A DNA stretch of 64,000 bases from Basidiobolus meristosporus CBS 931.73. Its lineage: Eukaryota; Fungi; Basidiobolomycota. Location of the stretch: positions 87,422-151,421 of the forward strand of contig MCFE01000157.1 in NCBI GenBank assembly GCA_002104905.1, in the 5' to 3' direction. Positions 55,515 to 64,000 of the stretch are shown piece by piece. The notes beneath the pieces are model-generated. The model saw nothing but the letters and a program-made list of their open reading frames with translations, was not told the DNA's origin and ran no database searches. Position 1 is the first letter of the stretch; every line of letters starts with the position of its first letter. The translations under genes and the position numbers were made by a program.

Positions 55515-57514
55515 AATATTTGCCTTATCTTTGTTACGAAATAAATGATACCTTAGCTTATTAACTGTGCTATATTGAATGCCTAGTACATATGCACTGG
55601 CAGTTGCCTTGGATTCAATTCAAAACAAGCCCGGCTGCAGAGCTCTGAGAGGGTCACCGGTTGCCATCAAGCAATGGGATAATAGCCATAATGAATGGCA
55701 AAAGCTATAACCTGCTAAATTTGCACTCTCAGTATCTCATCAAAGCTACTCATACAAACTCGCAACAAGCTTGCACTCATAAGTAAGAAGTAAATATACA
55801 GTAATTAAGGTTCTGACTCATATGTCATATGAGGGCACAATTAAAAAGACCACCACTACCATTCACGGCCCTTGGATTGGCAAGATACTATTGGCAACAA
55901 GAGTAACATATTCACTCAATAGAAAGTCCTAAGTGCATATGCACATTTTTTATATAGTGGACATCACTACTTTTAATGACTCCACTATTATACTGAATAA
56001 GCCTGACCAAGCTATACTTACTGGCCCTACAGTATTTATATTACTCATTGCTGAAATATACCATGGAAATTCTGAATTTTGTAAGATCATTACGGCTATT
56101 ACGTGATGATAGAAATCAATACAAGTATTGATACCTCTGGAGCCAGTGTGCAGGTTAACTGCTAGCTGGAAAAGTGTTTTACTCTGACTCAAACCTTTGA
56201 GGAGGTACCATATACAAGTTGAATTTTGCAATCACACTTTAATACTCCATCTGCTTTGTCTCTTAGATCATGGTCTATTAGTCTTGCTGTATATTATTCA
56301 GGTTCCTTGTTAAGACTTGGCATAATTTACCAAAATATCAGGTACCTGTGATGTGAAAATCCAAGAGCCATCTAAAGGTCTCCAAACTTTGTGTACCTGC
56401 TTTCAGAATGTTGCTAAGCATATTCCACATGTTGTGTTATTCATAATATGAAAGAGTACATATATCACTAGACGCTTAATGTATCACCAAGTGAAAACCA
56501 CAGGATCAGCTAGTGCTCACATTTGCTTTCAATACCTCTGAAACCTGTAGAACTTGGGGTTTATGGTGTATGAACAGTAGCAAAGACTAGAGAAGATTAG
56601 CAAAAGGCTTAAATTGTGGAAAAGTTTCTACTGGGTATTCATGATTTAAGGTATGAGTGTTGGATCAGAGGGAAATTGAAAAGACCTTCGCACTAAGTTG
56701 ATCTCTGGTATAGACAAGTGAAATGCAGAGTGACAGTGCTAATACAGTTGTGAACACAATACAATCAGAGCACTTAATGATTAATATCAAGCATGAGCAT
56801 GGCAAGAGTTTGTTACTAATATGAAGTGGCAGTTGCAAGAGTTCTAGAGATATTGGAAGTGATTGGGAGAACGGATAGATATATGCTGCTTTCACTTAAT
56901 GATTTATTGAATGTAAAAGCAGTTTTATACTGTACATGGTGTTGGTGACAACATGCATGTAAAATACAGTTAGGAAGGTTCCAAGAACATGTGAGCAGAG
57001 TTTGCAGCTGTATGGAGAACTGTGATATTTCTATATTGTTGGTATCTGATGATTGAGTGAAAATATCTCAAGAAGAATCTGACAAGAAGGTTTAGGCCAA
57101 GATACTCTAAGATTTGTAGATAATGATGTACATGACTATGTTCAGAGAGTATATAGGTGTGTTAAAAAGTCTACAATGCTCCCACTCCACTGAATATTCA
57201 CACAAACCAGGCCTAATTATGATCCAAGATATTAATACTTGTTTCTGGCTAGTGGTTTTGTAAATATGTCTGCAATCATTTTATCTGTAGAACAATAAAC
57301 TAAGTCCACTAAGTTGTACTCTATAGCCTCCCACGGGAGGTGATGCTTTATGTCTATGTGCTCAGTTCTAGCATGAAAAGTAAGCTATCTGTAAACTTTT
57401 GAATATGTCAAACTATATATCCTATGGGGTAGAGGCTATATCATACAGTGAAAACCCAGTTACGAGCTATCACTATACATCATTCTATGAACATTATTTA
57501 CGATTTGTTTAGTG

Positions 57515-58579
57515 GCGGGGCTTTGAGCCTTAGCCATACTGTGGAGGCCAGTTGACATCCACTCACAATCCTGGAGTGTTCAAGTCGGATTCCAAAGGAA
57601 CTCTCTGCCAAGGAGCACCAAGTCTACTTGCTCCCTTTATGCGATCAAGTTGGCCGGAGTCTCCTCTATTTTCAAGCTCACCGCACCTGTTAGTATTCCA
57701 GGGGCTTCATGTGTAACCTTTCAGCATACGGAGCTTGAAGTTCGGGCTTGGCTTCGATTTTCTCTGCTGCGCTGTTACCTCCTGTCGAGCAGGCTAGAAG
57801 ATCAGCGCCAAGAGGATAGATCTTTCTTGCAAAAGCCACAGTGTCTTCTGCTGAGCAACCTCCTTCAACCTATTCATTCGAGGAGATACGGAAGAACAAG
57901 GGCTTCTCAACTGGCCAAACTTGTTGAACTGCCTCAACGATCTCAACGACAAGACGTATACGGTTTTCAAAGCTACCACCATACTGGTTGGTACGGCGAT
58001 TGCTTAGTGGAGATAAAAACTCGTTAATTAGAACTCAAGTAGCCGATCATGTCCGCGCGAATAGCCGCATCAGCCAATGCTTGCTTCACGAAAGCAATAA
58101 CTTTTAATGTGATCTCGTGAAGAAGCCCAACCATTATCCCAGCCAATACGGGAGGACGTCCAAAGATCATTTCAACCGCCTTTGGCTTCTGTGAGCATCA
58201 CTCTATCAGGTTTGTTGACTACAAATGGTGATGGAGTGGATGCTTCTCAGCCTGCACGTCCAATATGGATACCAGCTATTGAGCCTGCTGCGTGAATGTA
58301 ATCTACAATCCTTCTCATCTTTCCACAGAACAGCACAATTATCCATGATTCTTTCATTGGGAAGAACAGCTGTTGCTTCCATCATAATCAACCGTAAGTG
58401 GCATACTGCCTTAGGTGTACTAGATAAAAGCCGTCTTCGGCACTGTATGTGCACATAGGCACCACTGAGATACGGTTATTCAATGTGACATTACGAATTT
58501 GTGTGGGCATTACTGTACCTGGAGTAGGATTACCCAGCTGAATATACCAGGTGCCGCTTTGTTCAGGTACGGTCATCAT
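57515..58579 (-). pseudogene. Old Yellow Enzyme pseudogene, copy 2
   Basis: Same fragments as copy 1 (ORF 58388-58579 NNRISVVPMCTYSAEDG), largely the same lesions. Confidence 0.85.
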
Positions 58580-59017
58580 TGCTTAATGCTTATGAAAGAT
58601 TGAGGATCCACCAGGGTTATATTTACGCACTTGCAATTGCTAATCAATTGGTGAATTTCGTAATTGTCGAGGTTACAAAAGCGTAAATGAATAGAGTATA
58701 TGATGGAGATTGAAGGGCAGTTGTTGGCGAATTGCGTGACCTGCAGGAGGTTACATTGTATAGAGATATATATCTCAAATCCCATCAATCCGCCTAAACA
58801 AATTTGCATATTTGAGTCAATACAATATAAGGAGAAGCGCATTTAGTGAGTACCTGCCTCTATAGCAGGGCTAGCAACTCGCATTTAGTGTTACCAGCGA
58901 ATGAAATGCTAGGTTTACTGCACTGCTTATCAAAGGTATAAATACAAAGGTCTGGCTCTAATGGTATTTACATTTCAAATCATTGCATTCTCCACCACTC
59001 GATTGGATCAAGTAGAC

Positions 59018-59392
59018 ATGCTATTCAAACTAGCGGCTTTTCTGGTGTGTCTTGCTGTATCCTCCAACGCTTGGGATATTGACAAGGAGTTTACCCCGTG
59101 TCTGAAGGATGGTGGCCCCGGATTCAGCTATCCTGGCATTATGACCCTGACACCAGGCAAAAGCGGCGCACTAACGGTCTTTGGAAGGTCCAAAAGCAAA
59201 TGTCCTGCCATCTATTGCAAATGCAGAGTCACAGCTTCAGGCAGCATTTTGCCCCCAAAGCTGAGTTCTTTCAGCTGCATTGATGACAAAGGGTGCCGAT
59301 ATACTGGTGCAAATATGTTTGGTCTCCCTATGAGAAGGTTAGCAAATAAGGCGGGATGTGTTGCCGCAAACATTAATGAGTCCGATTGCTAG
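59018..59392 (+). CDS. Small secreted cysteine-rich protein, copy 2 (identical protein)
   Basis: Translation identical to copy 1; the differences I saw are synonymous. Confidence 0.8.
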   Translation: MLFKLAAFLVCLAVSSNAWDIDKEFTPCLKDGGPGFSYPGIMTLTPGKSGALTVFGRSKSKCPAIYCKCRVTASGSILPPKLSSFSCIDDKGCRYTGANMFGLPMRRLANKAGCVAANINESDC

Positions 59393-60533
59393 AATATGTG
59401 CCTCATCTTTGTTACGAAATAAATGATACCTTAGCTTATAAACTGTGCTATACTGAATGCCTAGTACATATGCACTAGCGGTTGCCTTGGATTCAATTCA
59501 AAACAAGCCCGGCTGCAGAGCTCTGAGTGGGTCGCCTATTGCCATCAAGCAATGGGATAATAGCCATAATGGATGGCAAAAGCTATAGCCTGCTAAATTT
59601 GTACCCTTGGTATCTCATCAAAGCAACTCTTACAAACTCGGAACAAGCTTGCACTCAGAAGTAAGAGGTAAATATACAGTAATTAAGGTTCTGATATATA
59701 TGTCATATGAGGGTACAGCTAAAAGGGCCATCACTACCATTCCCAGATCTTGGATTGCCAAAATATTATTGACAACAAGGGTAACATATACCACTCAATA
59801 GAATATCCAAAGTGCATATGAATACTTTTTTGTATAGTGGAGATCACTACTTTTAGAGACTTCACCATTGCACAGAATAATACTGGTCAAGCTATATTTA
59901 CTGGCCCTACAATATTTATATTACTTATTGCTAAAATGCACCATGAAAATTCTTATTTTTGTAAAATCATCATGGCTGTTACATGATGATAAGCAATCAA
60001 TAGGAGTGTTAATACCTCTGGAACCAGTGAGCCAGTAAACTGCTAGCTGGGAAAGAGTCTCACTCTTACTCAAATCCTTTAAAGAGGTACTATAAGCCTG
60101 TTGAACTTTGTGATCATAACTGGATATTTATCAGCTCTATCATTTGGATCATTGTCTATTAGTCTTATTGTATATTGCTTAAGTTCCTTGTAAAGATTTA
60201 GTATTCTTCACCGGAATGTCAGGCACTTGTTATATAAGAATTTAAGAGCCACCTAAACATCCCCAAACTTTTCACACATGCTTTTAGAACATTGCTAAGC
60301 ATATTTGCATGTTGTGTTGTCCACCATACCTGAGAGTATATATATCACTACACATTTGAGGTAACATTTAGTGAGAGCAACAGGACCAAACAGATTTCCC
60401 ATCAAGTTTTAATACTTCTGGAGCCTTTACCACTTAAGGCCTTTGAGCAGTGATAAAGACTAGAATAGATTAGAAAAGGCTTTAAGGTGTAAGTGTTATA
60501 GCAAGGGCTAAGATAAAGTTGCAAGAGCAAAGT

Positions 60534-60731
60534 GTTAGGGGAGGGAAAGTCAGCAAGATAGGTGAAGTCTTGAATTGAGCTCAGATAAGCTTAATTATAA
60601 ATAAAGAAGCCAGCTGGGAATGCAAGGTTCCCACAGGAATCACTAAGAAAAATATGAATGAATCTAAGCTAGAGTTTAGGCAGTATCCCCAAAAACACTA
60701 GAGCTCACATTCATGGGAGAGTGAAGCAGAT
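60534..60731 (-). mobile_element. Short diverged 3'-end fragment of the subtelomeric retroelement family
   Basis: GTTAGGGGAGGGAAAGTCAGCAA..GGTGAA...AAAGAAGCCAG at 60534-60612 resembles the ends at 60732, 62726 and 63247. Confidence 0.6.
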
Positions 60732-62725
60732 TTAGGGGGGAGACAGTCACCAACAGGTGAATTCTTTATTTCAGTTGAAACAAAGAAGCCAGTGCTACTG
60801 TTGTAGCTTTGATAGAAGAGTGTGTAGCTGAGGGGAATTTGTAGGTAAGTTAATAAGAAGTAATGATAGTTCTTCAGTGCTCAAGACACTGTTCAGTGGG
60901 AAGGGGGTAGCAAGAGAGGTAAGAATGACTTGTGAACAACATTAATGAGGGGAATGTGATAAGGATTGATATTCATCATAAAGGGAGTGTGCTGCTGCAG
61001 ATATTGCTGCCAAAGGTCTGTCAAGTACTTCAGGTAGGCCAGCTTGGGTTTTTCTGACTGAAGAATATAGTGAGCAAACTTCTTGACTTCAGGATCTCTA
61101 AGTATAGTTCTCCAGCAGGAGTCAGGTGTAGTGTGGTGTGTTCTCTTCCAGGCCTTAATCAGTGGGTTGTTGCAGTGGTGAAGTCTGAGATATAATCTGG
61201 TTCTGAGGTAGAGAAGTCTGATCTTATAGGGCATAAACCCAAAAGCACCAAGAATAGCATGTCTGTAGGGGCATTCAGGCAAATGAGGCACCAAGGAGGT
61301 AATGCACCATACTGCAAACTTGTCAAGCTTAGTGCAGTCTCTAGAAGTAAGAGAGAGAAGTGGTAAGCCAAATTCCAGGACAGGGAAGACAAACTGCTTG
61401 AGTAGAAGGAGGCAGCTGGGAGCTGAAGTTGTAGGAGGAGTAACAGCCAGTAGCTTGTGGAGTGCCTGTCTTGCCAGGATAATTCTCTTCTTCAGGTGTG
61501 CTCCAGAGTCTAGTCCAGTAGGAAGGAAAGGAAAGCCAAGATATGTAGCAGAAACCTGAGCAGGTAGAGTGGAGTTCTCCAAGTTGATGGGAGAGCCCAA
61601 AGGTACTGTCTTTGCAATGGAAAGCTGGAGATTATTCTTCTGCAGATACTGGTGGATGGTCTGGGAGTCTTGTTGCACATTGGAGGAGGATATTCTGATG
61701 TCATCAGCAAAGAGAGTAACCAGGCAGTCAGCTGAGAGTCTTGGGAAATCATTCAGGAAGATGGCAAACAGTATAGGACCAAGCACAGAGCCTTGAACCA
61801 CTCCATTAGGAACTGAGAACACAGCTGATTGCTCACTTGGGTGCAGAATTCTTGCTTGTGGATCCAGAAACAGAGACCTGACAAGGAGGGTGAGAGAGGT
61901 ACTGGAGAAGCATTGCAACTTGGACCAAAGCAGATTTCTGTCAACTGAATCAAAGGCCTTAGTAATATCAAACAGAACAGAAGGATACTTGCACTGGAGA
62001 GAGTGATCTTGGCTAAGTATGACTGCGTATTCCAAGGAGAGGCCAGGAACAAAGCCAAACTGTGCAGGATGAAACTTGAGGGAGTCAGAATAGAGCTCCT
62101 GAGCAAGCAGAAGCTCAAACACCTTTCTGCAGGTGGGCAGCAGAGATATTGGCCTGTAGGAGCTAGGATCCAGGTGCTTTCCTTTACCCTTGTACAGTGG
62201 CAGAACATTTGCAAAGGACCATTCCTCAGGAGTAGAAAGCTGGGCTGAGCATTGCTGAAATAGTGGAAGCAGAAGTGCAGACATGGCCTTGGTACTAGTC
62301 TTCAGAAGCTCATAGGAGATTGTGTCCACACCTGGAGCAGTAGAGTTGGGAAGTCTCTTGAGCACATTATGGATTCTCCCTTGATCAAGTGCAAGTGGGA
62401 TGGGCAGGGTCTTGAAGTCAGGATGAAAGCCAGGAGTTGAGTACTGCTTTGTAGAGAAGAAGATGTTAGCCAGCTGTTCTGTTGAAGGTAACCTCCTGGA
62501 AGAGGGCCTCATTGCCCTGTAGAGTCTTGATACTGTTCTTGTTATAGAGTTGGAAGATTGCAGAGGCAAAGAACTCATAATATGATCCCAGAGCTGAGTA
62601 TGCAGAGTGTGGTGAATTGCCTTGGAATGGTGTATTGCTGTCAGGAGGAGTTTCTCTGTTTTTGGGTTAGGGAAACTCAGGTAGCTTTGTTGCAGGGCTG
62701 AAACAATGGATTCCCATTTTTTTGA
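60732..62725 (-). mobile_element. Non-LTR (LINE-like) retrotransposon, 5'-truncated, intact RT ORF, 5' end facing the telomere
   Basis: ORF 60893-62578: APGVD.ISYELLK, SYRPISLL, QFGF, DITKAFDSV, GVVQGSVLGPILF, LFADD and TYLG. The frame stays open upstream of the Met to the junction at ~62725. About 150 nt of 3' UTR with AATAAA; no endonuclease domain within the fragment. Confidence 0.9.
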
Positions 62726-63246
62726 GGTTAGGGGGGAGGAAAGTCACCAAGTGGTGAAATCTTTATTTACTTATGACAAGTATCTAAAGAAGCCAAGTTA
62801 ATCTGAAGTAATTCCTAGAAAGCTAGGTCTGAGAGGTATCTTCCTGGTAAGCCAGGTCTGAGAGTTGAGAAGCTGAGTGGTACTGTATTTCCTAGTAAGC
62901 TAGGTCTGAGAGAGGTTTCCTGGAAAGCCAGGCCTGAGAATTGAGAATCTGAGTATATCTGAGGTGAAGTGTACTGATTTGCGGTAGCTGATTTGTGGCC
63001 GGAATGGCCAGTAGACTGGGGGAACTGAGGGAAATATCTGGGCAATCACTGGCCAAATTTACTAGGCAAATCTGACCAATTAGCATTTCAAGGATTTCAG
63101 CCAATCAGAGCCTTTACTTTGCCCGATGGTTGATCAAGCCATCTCCCAATGAGCACACATCAATTTATTGATCAAATTTTGTTGGATCCAGGATTTGAAC
63201 CCACAACCATGGGTATGGAAGGGTTAGGGATAACCACAAGGCTAAG
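62726..63246 (-). mobile_element. 521-bp tRNA-headed SINE-like unit, proximal copy
   Basis: On the minus strand, A box TAGCCTTGTGG (63244-63234) and B box GGTTCAAATCC (63201-63191) start 43 nt apart; the 3' ~65 nt match the LINE 3' end; junction contains GGTTAGGG. Confidence 0.75.
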
Positions 63247-63774
63247 GGTTAGGGGGGAGGAAAGTCACCAAGTGGTGAAATCTTTATTTACTTATGACAA
63301 GTATCTAAAGAAGCCAAGTTAACCTGAAGTAATTCCTAGAAAGCTAGGTCTGAGATATATCTTCCTGGTAAGCCAGGTCTGAGAGTTGAGAAGCTGAGTG
63401 GTACTATATTTCCTAGTTAGCTAGGTCTGAGAGTGGTTTCCTGGAAAGCCAGGCCTGAGAAGTGAGAATCTGAATATATCTGAGCTAAGTTATACTGGTT
63501 TGCGGTAGCTGAATTGTGGCCGGAATGGCCAGTAGACTGGGGGAACTGAGATGTATTTCTGGGCGATCACTGGCCAAATTTACTAGGCAAATCTGGCCAA
63601 TTAACATTTCAAGGATTTCAGCCAATCAGAGCCTTTACTTTGCCCGATGGTTGATCAAGCCATCTCCCAATGAGCACACATCAATTTATTAATCAAATTT
63701 TGCTGGATCCAGGATTTGAACCCACAACCATGGGTATGGAAGGGTTAGGGATAACCACAAGGCTAAGTGTTCTT
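63247..63774 (-). mobile_element. 521-bp tRNA-headed SINE-like unit, distal copy, directly capped by the telomere
   Basis: Direct repeat of 62726-63246 at offset 521 with scattered substitutions; A box 63765-63755, B box 63722-63712; 7 extra 5' nt. Confidence 0.75.
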
Positions 63775-64000
63775 GGTTAGGGTTAGGGTTAGGGTTAGGG
63801 TTAGGGTTAGGGTTAGGGTTAGGGTTAGGGTTAGGGTTAGGGTTAGGGTTAGGGTTAGGGTTAGGGTTAGGGTTAGGGTTAGGGTTAGGGTTAGGGTTAG
63901 GGTTAGGGTTAGGGTTAGGGTTAGGGTTAGGGTTAGGGTTAGGGTTAGGGTTAGGGTTAGGGTTAGGGTTAGGGTTAGGGTTAGGGTTAGGGTTAGGGTT
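63775..64000 (+). repeat. Telomere, (TTAGGG)n, about 37 perfect repeats running to the end of the window
   Basis: Uninterrupted GGTTAG/TTAGGG array with the G-strand on +, as expected at a right chromosome end. Confidence 0.99.

Larger units (their letters stand above)
53505..60500. repeat. Direct tandem segmental duplication, period ~3.88 kb (copy 1 ~53505-56640, copy 2 ~57385-60500, unique spacer between)
   Basis: Sequence at 53510 recurs at 57387; nearly identical over the first ~2.1 kb, visibly more diverged over the last ~1 kb. Confidence 0.92.

Noticed and set aside
60893-62578. Penelope-like (Athena/Coprina) identity or telomerase RT
   Set aside because: Motifs (SYRPISLL, QFGF, KAFDSV, QGSVLGP) are of non-LTR type, and the protein is too short and lacks TERT-specific motifs.
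62800-62945. Hammerhead ribozyme in the hairpin array (CTGAGA next to stems, GAAA on the other strand)
   Set aside because: The required CUGANGA core followed by stem II and GAAA is not present in the right order on either strand.
63191-63246. Functional tRNA gene in the 521-bp units
   Set aside because: A and B boxes are present, but the T-stem pairs poorly and no acceptor stem or anticodon arm can be formed; treated as a tRNA-derived head.

Overview
Eukaryotic, almost certainly fungal, chromosome end. Introns are GT-AG with CTAAC-type branch sites, and the gene set looks like an early-diverging fungus (taxon is inference). The window ends in about 37 perfect TTAGGG repeats and has three compartments. 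(1) 1 to ~20 kb: CpG-depleted graveyard of nested transposons (CACTA/EnSpm-type, a TTAA-flanked piggyBac-like element, Ty3/gypsy pol). (2) ~20.5-55.5 kb: CpG-normal gene island. It holds a candidate phosphonate/phosphate-scavenging cluster (2 PhnY-like Fe/2OG dioxygenases, a PhnZ-like HD oxygenase, 2 PAP2 phosphatases), insulysin, two beta-carbonic anhydrases, SUA5, YjbQ, MED17, a lipase, an ABCC transporter, an arsenite methyltransferase and an UNC-93/NOPE1-like MFS transporter. (3) 53.5-64 kb, overlapping the end of the island: a ~3.9 kb tandem duplication with a secreted Cys-rich protein and an Old Yellow Enzyme pseudogene, then a head-to-tail stack of retroelements. The stack is a 5'-truncated non-LTR RT element plus two 521-bp tRNA-headed SINE-like units that share its 3' end, each joined through a TTAGGG junction and capped by the telomere. 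The two best leads are the telomere-extending LINE/SINE pair and the phosphonate cluster. Exon structures were read by eye, so boundaries of multi-exon genes and repeats are approximate.
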